Notes under the pieces: generated by a model
Told to the model about the DNA's origin: nothing
Seen by the model: the letters and a program-made list of their open reading frames with translations, nothing else
The model's database searches: none
Made by a program: the position numbers and the translations under genes
Origin: Nitrospira sp.
GTDB lineage: Bacteria > Nitrospirota > Nitrospiria > Nitrospirales > Nitrospiraceae
Direction: 5' to 3'
Assembly (NCBI GenBank): GCA_047150005.1
Contig: AP038806.1
Span: 512,001 to 576,000 of the forward strand
DNA: 64,000 bases
Shown: in pieces, positions 32,236-48,473 of the stretch
How the letters are laid out: every line of letters begins with the position of its first letter
Numbering within the stretch: the first letter of the stretch is position 1

Positions 32236-33975
32236 TCACCGTGTGGTAAAAGATGGATACTCTGGAATCTCTCCGCACAAATAGCGACCCAGCAACCGTG
32301 CCTGCACTTCCAAGATGCGCCGATAACTCACCTGATACCCAAAGACCGGATGCGTAATCTCTTGGCCCATCCGCCGCTCGTACGTTTCGACGAAGCGCCG
32401 ACGGCCCTCCGGCGTCAACGCGACGGAGCCCATGCGACGAATGAAGTCCTCCGGTCGCACTTCACCATTGTTGACCGCCGTCAGCACGACGGAATCGGCA
32501 ATGAGCGGCCGGAACTCTTCCATCGCATCGAGAGCCAACGCCGGTCTCCCATAACGCGGCTGGTGATAGAACCCGAGATAGGGATCGAGTCCGACCGCAT
32601 GCAATGTCACCGTCCACTCCCGCGCCAGCATCGCGTAGGCCAGGGATAAGAGCGCGTTGACCGAGTCCTTTGGCGGCCGACGGTTTCGCCCATCGAAATC
32701 GAAGTCCGGCTGCACCCCGTCGGTTTTCAGCATGCCTCTGAATTCTGCAAAATACCGGCGGGCCGAGGTGCCCTCGATGCCGAGCAATTCCTCCAACGTG
32801 TTGGCCCGCGCGGCATGCACCTGATCGCGCTTGAGATCCTGCAAGACCGTTTCCGGCGCAGCGTGATGATTTCTCCGCAAGATCGTACGACAGTTGGCAA
32901 TCTTGGCCTGCACCAGTCTGATTGCAAGCCGAAGGCAGAACGTCGGATTCGTCGCCGCGGCATATTGGCGTCGTCGCAACTCGACATTCTTATGCATCAG
33001 ACTGGTCGTGATGCCGTAGAACCACCCGCCACTGGAGAGATAGGAGATGGGAATCTCTCGCCGACAGAGTTCCTGCACCACTTGCGTACTGACCTGAACG
33101 GCACCGAATAGCACGAGATGCGAGATCTCCACGATCCGGGCTTCTGTCAGCACCTCGTCGCGGTCCGTCACTTTTAAGCAGTCTCCGTTTTTTCCCACGC
33201 GTGCGCCGGGTTGTTGCACGTACAAGGGTAGGGCGTCATTCCGACCAGGCAAAAGTCGCCGCACGATCGAGGCCGCCTGCTCGTCATCCGCATGATCCTG
33301 CCGTAACCAACCGATCTCATCCGGCAAACAAATGCGGACGAGGGAACATCGTGGGCACTTCGGGCTGTCCACCAACGGAGGCGGCATCGCGCCGCCCCGC
33401 GCCATTCTCCGCATACCCGCGATCAGTTCCAAGGTGCGCTCGATCAACTCCTGATCAAATGTGATCGCCACCCGTTCCCGTGATCCTACGAAGTAAAGAA
33501 AGCCTCCGTCGCATTCGAAGCCGTTATCCCGGAGGATCAACCCTTGCGCGCACGCCTGTACCCGCTCCGGCTCCCACGCGCCCTTGTCCACATGCGGACG
33601 CTTACCGCGCTTGTAATCGACAGGTGCGACCGCATGACCGACGCCTTCGACCAGATCAATCTTCGCGGTAATACCCAGCCGTTCCGACGACAGCCAGACC
33701 GAACGCTGGTGGATGACTGCGTCTTCATCTTCATCAGTATCCGGCGGACAGACGCCGGCTTTGCCGGAGCCAGTTCTCGCTTGCCGCTTTGGACTTTCAT
33801 CCACTCGCCGGTGATGGAACCGCCCCTCCACCGTGTCGGCGCTGTCGGCGAATTCGCTCTGTACCCATTCCAGGTAAGCCAGACGAGGACAGTAGGCAAA
33901 CTCGTTCAGCATCCGCACAGGAAGCAGCGGTTCCTCCGTCACCGAGAGAGGCGTCTCACCAGTTTCGAGACCCAT
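32236..33975 (-). CDS. cas1: Cas4-Cas1 fusion
   Basis: Cas4: YCPR, KIDLVE..PVDYKRG, CPRCSLVRIC; Cas1: LGIEG, RRPPKDSVNALLS, GFYHQ, LALDAMEEFRP. Confidence 0.97.
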   Translation of the reverse strand: MGLETGETPLSVTEEPLLPVRMLNEFAYCPRLAYLEWVQSEFADSADTVEGRFHHRRVDESPKRQARTGSGKAGVCPPDTDEDEDAVIHQRSVWLSSERLGITAKIDLVEGVGHAVAPVDYKRGKRPHVDKGAWEPERVQACAQGLILRDNGFECDGGFLYFVGSRERVAITFDQELIERTLELIAGMRRMARGGAMPPPLVDSPKCPRCSLVRICLPDEIGWLRQDHADDEQAASIVRRLLPGRNDALPLYVQQPGARVGKNGDCLKVTDRDEVLTEARIVEISHLVLFGAVQVSTQVVQELCRREIPISYLSSGGWFYGITTSLMHKNVELRRRQYAAATNPTFCLRLAIRLVQAKIANCRTILRRNHHAAPETVLQDLKRDQVHAARANTLEELLGIEGTSARRYFAEFRGMLKTDGVQPDFDFDGRNRRPPKDSVNALLSLAYAMLAREWTVTLHAVGLDPYLGFYHQPRYGRPALALDAMEEFRPLIADSVVLTAVNNGEVRPEDFIRRMGSVALTPEGRRRFVETYERRMGQEITHPVFGYQVSYRRILEVQARLLGRYLCGEIPEYPSFTTR

Positions 33976-33990
33976 GATGCGCTCCTTTCG

Positions 33991-34011
33991 CTATTCAGTT
34001 GTCAAAGAACA
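33991..34011 (-). promoter_or_regulatory. boxA-like antitermination signal
   Basis: Minus strand TGTTCTTTGACAACTGAATAG immediately before the cas4/1 RBS; resembles rrn-leader boxA. Confidence 0.55.
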
Positions 34012-34019
34012 AGGAATCG

Positions 34020-34575
34020 TTATGACGGTTCTTCCAACCGCCGTTGAATCATGTCCCAGATTTCACGCAATCCCAAGCGATCCGCCCACTCCGCAATATA
34101 GGCCCGATCGATCTCCTCTCCGCTGACTTTCAACATGCCCGTGATATCTCGCAGATGCTTGTCCGATCCCCCTTCGCGGTAGTAGTCCATTTTCTTGATG
34201 ATCACATCCTCCGCCGACGCAAAGGCCGCCTCATAGGATGCGGCCGGACGCAGCGCACGCGCCCGCGCAAACCGGCTCCGATCAAATGGGGTGTCCTTCC
34301 GAACGATCACATCCACCTTCAACCCGGAGCCGGGATGAATGATGTTGAACTGCCCTTGCCGACGAATGGCTTCCCGGATCGCCTCCTCGCTGAGATAGAA
34401 CTCATGAGCAGGAAACGCGGCCAACAGTCCCGGGATCTCAGCCTCTCGAATCCCAGCCACCACATCGATGTCGTTCGTTAATCGCGGCTCTCCATACGCC
34501 ATGGACGCGACCGAACCAGTCACCAGATAGGGAATGCGGAGCCGCTCGAAGGTTTCCACCACCTGCGCCAATAAG

Positions 34576-34589
<14 letters not shown>
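34020..34589 (-). CDS. Nucleotidyltransferase, AbiEii/DUF1814 (MenT1-like) putative toxin
   Basis: YLVTGSVASMAYGEPRLTNDIDVV, KVDVI, SAEDVIIKK, DKHLRDI; 189 aa from ATG 34589. Confidence 0.8.
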
Positions 34590-37761
<3,172 letters not shown>

Positions 37762-37774
37762 AGTGGTTCTCCTG

Positions 37775-42765
<4,991 letters not shown>

Positions 42766-42789
42766 TCACTCTCCATCGTGGCTCGCGAC

Positions 42790-43110
42790 TGTCTCTTCCA
42801 GTTCTGCGAGCCCGTTGGCCAACTCTTTACCTGCCGTCACCATGACGCGCAGTTTCACGAGTACCCGCAGGATCGTAATATCGACCTACCACTGACTGCT
42901 CTACGCTCCCCGAAAGAGAGACGAGACATGGTTGCCGGGCGTCAGTTTCACACAGCGATGTGACATCTAAGGTCACACGTGCCATGATCTTTGCGGCTCC
43001 CTGCTTTGCCGTTGCCAGCAAACCAAGACTGCACACCACCAGTGGCAGGAGTTGAGATCGTCTCATCTGTCTGCTCACGACGTTTCAACATGGGTTGAGG
43101 TACCGGAAAG
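42790..43110 (-). pseudogene. Possible degraded ORF6N-domain gene remnant
   Basis: Fragments HVET, DLRCHIAV and VDITILRVLVKLRVMVTAGKELANGLAELEE occur in different frames in the order expected for ORF6N proteins. Confidence 0.4.
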
Positions 43111-43119
43111 TTGATGGCC

Positions 43120-43165
43120 GTACAGGCACCCGCCGAAGCCTCGGCACAAGCGGGAGCCAGTCTCC
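43120..43165 (+). repeat. Hairpin element, long form
   Basis: ACAGGCACCCGCCGAAGCCTCGGCACAAGCGGGAGCCAGTCTCC. Confidence 0.85.
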
Positions 43166-43461
43166 TACGAGATGGGTAATTGGAAAGATGGGGTTGGTTG
43201 GCGCTTCGATCTTGAGTGGTGATGTCGGCATGCCCCAATGCCTCATCCAGGATTGACTGATCCGACAAACTGGCAATCAGCGGAATCCCTTACCTAGTTT
43301 TGTGTCGGAATGCAATCATTCTTAGGGCGGGCCTGGCTGGATAGCTCGATTTTTACTGGTGGAGGCTTGTATTTCTACGAGCGGTTTGCCAAAAACCTAC
43401 GGATGTGGAAATGAGGAAATGCGGCGCTAGCCACGCCAAGACCCGCGTTCAGAGAAGAAGC

Positions 43462-43494
43462 GGGACAGTCACCGGCTGCGCCGGAGCCAGTCCC
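43462..43494 (+). repeat. Hairpin element, short form
   Basis: GGGACAGTCACCGGCTGCGCCGGAGCCAGTCCC. Confidence 0.85.
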
Positions 43495-43581
43495 CTAAGA
43501 TCAAGCCTCGTGCGTCAGGACAACGTCCCTCCCGATGCCCCTAGCCGGAGGAATGGTCATAGACCAGCATCCGCCCGTTCA

Positions 43582-43610
43582 TTGACAGGTGATGTACAAC
43601 GCTGTACATT
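43582..43610 (+). promoter_or_regulatory. TA promoter with a double TGTACA operator
   Basis: TTGACA-17 nt-TACATT; TGTACA palindromes at 43593-43598 and 43603-43608, the core known from the yefM-yoeB operator. Confidence 0.7.
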
Positions 43611-43634
43611 CGACACATTCGATTCGAGGGCATC

Positions 43635-43901
43635 ATGAAACTCTCCATCAGTGAAGCACGCAAGCAACTGCCTGCACTGGTGCGCCGAGTGCAGCGAGAT
43701 ACGGGCGCCACGGTGAAGATTACGGTTCATGACGAGGTTGTTGCTGAGCTTCGCGCTGCTCAGCCCGAACCGGAAGCTGGCGCGGCGGCCAAGACGTTGC
43801 TCCGCCTGATGAAGACACTGCCGAAGCGGCGCGGGCGAAAGGTTTCGATTTCCTCCCGCGTCAAGACTCATCTCTATGGGCAGCGCGGCGCGATCCGCTG
43901 A
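43635..43901 (+). CDS. Phd/YefM-like antitoxin
   Basis: MKLSISEARKQLPALVRRVQ...VKITVHDEVVAEL. Confidence 0.85.
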   Translation: MKLSISEARKQLPALVRRVQRDTGATVKITVHDEVVAELRAAQPEPEAGAAAKTLLRLMKTLPKRRGRKVSISSRVKTHLYGQRGAIR

Positions 43902-44317
43902 TGACCCTCCCTGCCCTGGCTTTTTGCGATACCTCATTCTTCTATGCCTGCCTTGATCCGAAGGACGCCAACCATGCCGATGCGCTTGCTCTTGTCTCGG
44001 AATCGGCGTCTTCCAGGACGACGTGGTGCACGACATGGGACATCGTCAGCGAAACAGTGACGTTGCTTCGATACCGGCGCAACTTTCAGGCTGCCCTCGC
44101 ATTTCTTACCGACGTGAAGCCTGAGCTGCATCTCGTTACCTATGGTAACCGTATGCGCGAAGAGGCCGAACAGATTTTTCTGACCTATGCACGTGATCGT
44201 CGCCTGTCTTTTTGTGACGCCATCTCATTCGTTGTGGTGACCTCGCTGCTCGATCACGCTCCCTGCTTCACATTCGACGAAGACTTCCGTCGCCTCGGCT
44301 TGACCGTTCTTCCTTAG
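43901..44317 (+). CDS. PIN-domain (VapC) toxin
   Basis: FCDTSFFYA..D.KD.NH, SETVTLL, SFCDAISF, TFDEDF. Confidence 0.92.
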   Translation: MTLPALAFCDTSFFYACLDPKDANHADALALVSESASSRTTWCTTWDIVSETVTLLRYRRNFQAALAFLTDVKPELHLVTYGNRMREEAEQIFLTYARDRRLSFCDAISFVVVTSLLDHAPCFTFDEDFRRLGLTVLP

Positions 44318-44367
44318 CCACTTGTTTCCTGTTCTTCCGACGGCTTTGCCTTTCCTTGGCAGTCTCA

Positions 44368-44399
44368 GGACAGGCACAGGCTGCACCGCAGCCAGTCCC
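44368..44399 (+). repeat. Hairpin element, short form
   Basis: GGACAGGCACAGGCTGCACCGCAGCCAGTCCC. Confidence 0.75.
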
Positions 44400-44469
44400 G
44401 ACCTGTGCAGATCTAATCCCGGACTGGCATTTCGCTTTTTGTGATTTGAGTTTTGATAGCTGGGTTTGA

Positions 44470-44854
44470 TCCGGAGAGAGACGTTGGACCAGCTCAAGTC
44501 CTTAAGTGGCAACCTCCACATCGATCTCGATTGGCGAAAGCTGGAACAGTCTGAGCTTCGTCATCAAGCCTCCTTGAAGCGCCGCCGGCATGGTCATCGC
44601 TGACACTTCCGTCTGGATTCCCTTCTTTAATCGGCCTGCGCCCTCCTTGCTCCTCCCTTTTACGAGATCACTCGCTTTCCTGGCTCCAGAGCGGCCATCT
44701 TTCGTCGCAACTCCTCCGCAAAGGCACGACGATACCGCTGTCGGATGTAATCATTGCAGCCTTGGCGATCGAGTATGATTGCCGCATCTACAGTCTCGAC
44801 GTCCACTTCAAGAAGATTCCCGGCGTGCAGCTCTATACTGCCGCTTCGGCCTAA
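44470..44854 (+). pseudogene. Decayed vapBC operon
   Basis: Antitoxin C-terminal remnant LDQLKSLSGNLHIDLDWRKLE; toxin MVIADTSVWIPFFNRP, then a deletion/frameshift, then WLQSGHLSSQLLRKGTTIPLSDVIIAALAIE...SLDVHFKKIPG. Confidence 0.8.
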
Positions 44855-44914
44855 CAGGATCTTGAAGAAGTCCTCCAGCTGCGTTCTCGCATCGCTCAGA
44901 GGCTCAGCGTACGG
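44853..44914 (+). repeat. Truncated copy of an intergenic MITE-like repeat
   Basis: CAGGATCTTGAAGAAGTCCTCCAGCTGCGTTCTCGCATCGCTCAGAGGCTCAGCGTAC resembles a dispersed repeat I recall from Nitrospira genomes; single copy here, not verified. Confidence 0.45.
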
Positions 44915-44950
44915 CTCGGGGAGGAGCGGCTTTGGCAGTTTGGAGCGGGC

Positions 44951-45066
44951 GGGTCTTGTGAGCACGTCAAGCCGGTTGCCATGACAGGACCCGCAAGTTT
45001 GGAAGGAGACCCGGACAGGCACCCGCCGAAGCTTCGGCAAAGGCGGGAGCCCGTCCCCTCGGCACC
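44951..45066 (+). repeat. ~116-bp direct repeat, copy 1 (contains the hairpin element at 45013-45057)
   Basis: Aligns along its whole length with 46031-46147. Confidence 0.9.
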
Positions 45067-45178
45067 TTCCTCTTACCGTCTTCATGTCCTTTCGCCCCCC
45101 CTTCCAGCGGCGCGAAGGGCACAGTGGGGCTGTATGGGATCGCCTGATTCAAGAGGTTGGGTGACACCGACTGATAAA

Positions 45179-45207
45179 TTGACCACGTTTTTAGCCTTCG
45201 GTATACT
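45179..45207 (+). promoter_or_regulatory. Promoter of the abrB-vapC operon
   Basis: TTGACC-17 nt-TATACT, with GAGGA RBS downstream. Confidence 0.7.
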
Positions 45208-45231
45208 GATCGAAGAAAGGAGGACGTTTCT

Positions 45232-45483
45232 ATGCCTGTCTCCCAAATCTCCTCAAAGGGCCAGATCCTGATTCCCCGGCAACTTCGCCGCAAACTCGGG
45301 TTCAAGGCAGGGCGCAAGGTCCAGTTGACCGAAGAGAGCGGTCGCTTGGTCATTTCGCCTGCAGCCGACGATCCCATCGCGGCGGCTACGGGTTTTCTCA
45401 CGGGTAAGTTCTCCTTGACGGACGACCTCCGGCGCGAGCATCGAGAGGAGGCTCGGCGTGAGCAGAAAACTCGTCCTCGATAG
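45232..45483 (+). CDS. AbrB/MazE/SpoVT-family antitoxin
   Basis: ISSKGQILIPRQLRRKLGFKAGRKV. Confidence 0.92.
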   Translation: MPVSQISSKGQILIPRQLRRKLGFKAGRKVQLTEESGRLVISPAADDPIAAATGFLTGKFSLTDDLRREHREEARREQKTRPR

Positions 45484-45865
45484 CTTCGCGCTGGTCAGCC
45501 TGTTTCATAAGGAAGCCGGGTGGGAAAGGGTCCGTGCCGCTCTGTACGAGCAACAGCGAGCCGGGACCAAGGCCTATTTGAACTGGGTGAATTGGGGCGA
45601 ATTCTATTACATCGTCAAACGCAAGGTCGGCGCGGCGCAGGCGGCCGAGGCCCTTCAGCTTGTGGAACAATTGCCCATCGAGCTGGTCCCGGTGGATCTT
45701 CCCATGGTCCGGGAGGCAGCCGAAATCAAGGGGGAGCATGCGGTCTCCTATGCGGACGCCTTTTGCATCGCCACCGCCCGTCGCCTCTCCGGAACGGTCC
45801 TGACCAGCGATCCTGAATTTCGCGCCGTCGAGCATCTGATCACCGTCCGGTGGCTGACGCGCTAG
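45458..45865 (+). CDS. PIN-domain (VapC) toxin
   Basis: VLDSFAL, VNWGEFYY, SYADAFCIATA, LTSDPEF. Confidence 0.92.
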   Translation: MSRKLVLDSFALVSLFHKEAGWERVRAALYEQQRAGTKAYLNWVNWGEFYYIVKRKVGAAQAAEALQLVEQLPIELVPVDLPMVREAAEIKGEHAVSYADAFCIATARRLSGTVLTSDPEFRAVEHLITVRWLTR

Positions 45866-46030
45866 ATCTATTTCGCATCTGCGCGGAAGCCAGCGCCCAG
45901 TTAACTCTGCGGGTGGCGTGGTGACCGGCTCGATCGCGCGCAACGGAAAGGACCCACTGGGGATGGGGCGCACGATGCGACGAAGAAGGAGCATCTCGTT
46001 TGTGCGCGCCGCCGAGACGATGAGGCGGCT

Positions 46031-46147
46031 GGGTCCTGTGAGCACGATCGAGTCGGTTGCCACGACGGGACCTGCAAGTTTGGAAGGAGACCAGGACAGG
46101 CACCCGCCGAAGCCTCGGCAAAGGCCGGAGCCAGTCCCGTCGGCACC
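46031..46147 (+). repeat. ~116-bp direct repeat, copy 2 (contains the hairpin element at 46094-46138)
   Basis: Aligns with 44951-45066; its continuation 46141-46190 aligns with 47399-47448. Confidence 0.9.
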
Positions 46148-46221
46148 GGAGCAGTACCGCCTCTCAGTCCTCATCCCCGCCTACGCTTTGTCTTTCCATT
46201 CCGGTACTGTACAATCCCCGC

Positions 46222-46497
46222 ATGGTCTTCGACCCTGCCAATCCCCCCATCTGGTTGCGCAAGCTCCACGTGACTGCGGCGCAGATCAGTCCGGATGACT
46301 ATCCTTCGACGCCAGAAGAAGGCATCTTGGAGTGCTGCCGCCTATCGGATGCCGCTCGTGCGTGGTCGCTGGCTTGCGCGCAGGCCTTGGGGCACCAACC
46401 AATGCCGCCGCCGCCGCCCTTCGACAATCCGTTCCGCCTGACTCCTCCTTCTGAGCCTCGTCCGTCAGGACGACGAACAGACGATGCCGCCCGATGA
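46222..46497 (+). CDS. 91-aa protein, putative antitoxin partner of the downstream NTase
   Basis: ATG 6 nt after a TACAAT -10 box; overlaps the NTase start; contains STPEEG. Confidence 0.55.
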   Translation: MVFDPANPPIWLRKLHVTAAQISPDDYPSTPEEGILECCRLSDAARAWSLACAQALGHQPMPPPPPFDNPFRLTPPSEPRPSGRRTDDAAR

Positions 46498-47083
46498 TCC
46501 AGGCTCGTTCAGTGGTTTCCTGCGTCGGGTGATCGATGCACTGCCGGAGCCGGCTCCGCCCTATTGTCTGATCGGCGCATTGGCCGTGAATGCATGGGGC
46601 CGTCTCCGTACGACCAAGGACATCGATTTGCTTGTACTCTCGGAAGAACCAGCGAAGCTTCAGCTGACCGATTCACTCGTCACTCATGGTTTTCAACCTG
46701 ATGCACGCTGGATCGAGCACAATCCGATGGCCAAGGACCGAGTCCTTCGCATGAACCATCCCGCTCATCCAGGCATTCCACTCGATCTCATATTCTCTGC
46801 GGACTCTCACGAAGCCGAGGTGCTGACCCGGAGGCAGTCCATGCACCTTCTTCACGTCCCTACGTGGGTATGCAGCCCGGAAGACCTTATCATTCTCAAA
46901 CTCAAGGCGAGCCGGCCGCATGACTTCGAGGATGCCCTCGCCATTGTCAAGAACCCACATCTCCAACTCGACCTGGCTTACCTTTGGAATTGGGTAGATC
47001 GGCTGGGCCTACAAGGCGAGCTTCAGTACATCTTTCAGGCGGCGACCGGCGGTGAGCATGGCAGCGGCCAGCAGCCTACCTGA
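46484..47083 (+). CDS. Nucleotidyltransferase, AbiEii/DUF1814 (MenT-like) putative toxin
   Basis: YCLIGALAVNAWGRLRTTKDIDLLV, PLDLIF, SPEDLIILKLKASRPHDFED. Confidence 0.85.
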   Translation: MPPDDPGSFSGFLRRVIDALPEPAPPYCLIGALAVNAWGRLRTTKDIDLLVLSEEPAKLQLTDSLVTHGFQPDARWIEHNPMAKDRVLRMNHPAHPGIPLDLIFSADSHEAEVLTRRQSMHLLHVPTWVCSPEDLIILKLKASRPHDFEDALAIVKNPHLQLDLAYLWNWVDRLGLQGELQYIFQAATGGEHGSGQQPT

Positions 47084-47218
47084 ATGCTGCTCACCCAATC
47101 AGGCGAGCTTTGGTCGTTGGAATTTCCAACATATAGTTTCGGATTTGTGATTTCGAATTTCGGATTCACCTGGGGAACAGTGACAGGACCTGTGGGAAGG
47201 GATGCGTTGAAGAGGGGC

Positions 47219-47245
47219 CTGGATTCCCGCTTGCGCGGGAATGAC
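47219..47245. repeat. REP-like palindrome CTGGATTCCCGCTTGCGCGGGAATGAC
   Basis: ATTCCCGC-n4-GCGGGAAT hairpin, same family as 25293-25318. Confidence 0.85.
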
Positions 47246-47438
47246 GGAATTCTCAGACAGAGAAGCAGAAAGGCACATGCGAGTGATCGACCACCATGTC
47301 GAACGACGGCGAGCACTGTTTGACTGTCCGTTCTGCGCAGCAGCGAGCGGACGAAGTGGCACAGCCGAGCCTGCGGCACAGTCGAGCAGGGTCGAGGGCG
47401 GCACCGGAGCAGTCCCGCCTCTCAGTCGATCTCCCTGC

Positions 47439-48473
47439 CTATTCTTTGATTGCGATCGTCTCCGCCGAGACGGGCGATGCCGTGGAAGAAGCGGAAGGAG
47501 TCGGTGCAACGGACGCGGCGGCGCTGTTGAAGGGGAGATCGAGCAGCGCGTAGGGGTTCACGCGGGCGCCGTTCAATTTGACGCCCCAATGGAGATGCGG
47601 GCCGGTGGCGCGGCCGGTCGCCCCGACCTTGCCGATGACCTGGCCGCCCTCGACCAAGTCCCCTTCCTTCACCAGCACCTCCGAGAGGTGGAAGTACATA
47701 CTGTAGAATCCCAGGCCGTGGTCGATGAAAATGCCCTTGCCTGAGAAGAAATGATCGACTGTGAGGCGCACGACCCCGTCGTTGGTCGTCGCGACGTCCG
47801 TGCCCAACGGCGCGCCGATGTCTTCTCCGTTATGGGGATTGCGCGGTTGGCCGTTCATGACCCGAACGCTCCCGAAAATGCCGGTACGCTTGCCGTTGAC
47901 CGGCTCCACGAACGGGCTTCGCCAGAGCCGCGAGGCGGAATTCTCGGTCAGGGCCTGTTTCACCTGCTCCTGCTCTTGCTTCCAGCGCGCCACGGCTTTG
48001 TCGTCCAGATCGACCTTGTCCTTGGGCAGGGTAAGATGCTCGATGGTGAACTTTTCCTTCGCGACCAGGATGTTGTAGCTCAGGTGCTTGACCTCTTCTC
48101 CCTTTTTCACGACGATCGCCAGTTCGTGAGTGCCGGGCTCGTCTTGCAGATCGATGCCCACCAGGCCGAGATAGCCGGGTACCTCGCCCCGCCGGTACTC
48201 CCGGAAGAAGGGAACCGTGCGGTTGAGGAGCGTGCCCTTGACCTCAGTGATTCCCTCTTGGTGCGGGACCTTGACCACCAGCACCTGTCCCTGTTTGCCG
48301 CTGTATTGGCCGTCGCTGCCTCTGGGCGGGGGCGGCGCGGTGGAGAACAGTTCGACGGGAAAGACGCTCGTCAACAACACCACGCCGGTGATGACCGTGC
48401 GCTCCACGGAGGAGAGCCGCTTGGCGGTCTTCGTGGAGGCGTTCGCAGTCTGTATGGCAGCCTGTGCCGTCAT
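47439..48473 (-). CDS. M23-family metallopeptidase
   Basis: HNGEDI, IDHGLG, YFHL, TGRATGPHLHW. Confidence 0.92.
   Translation of the reverse strand: MTAQAAIQTANASTKTAKRLSSVERTVITGVVLLTSVFPVELFSTAPPPPRGSDGQYSGKQGQVLVVKVPHQEGITEVKGTLLNRTVPFFREYRRGEVPGYLGLVGIDLQDEPGTHELAIVVKKGEEVKHLSYNILVAKEKFTIEHLTLPKDKVDLDDKAVARWKQEQEQVKQALTENSASRLWRSPFVEPVNGKRTGIFGSVRVMNGQPRNPHNGEDIGAPLGTDVATTNDGVVRLTVDHFFSGKGIFIDHGLGFYSMYFHLSEVLVKEGDLVEGGQVIGKVGATGRATGPHLHWGVKLNGARVNPYALLDLPFNSAAASVAPTPSASSTASPVSAETIAIKE

Noticed and set aside
33976..34019. TTGACA on the minus strand as a -35 box for cas4/1
   Set aside because: No plausible -10 at 16-18 nt (it would fall on the RBS); the boxA reading fits better.
47135..47168. 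Short imperfect heptamer repeats (TTTCGGA/TTTGTGA/TTTCGAA)
   Set aside because: Only about four degenerate units, with no associated gene; no function can be supported.
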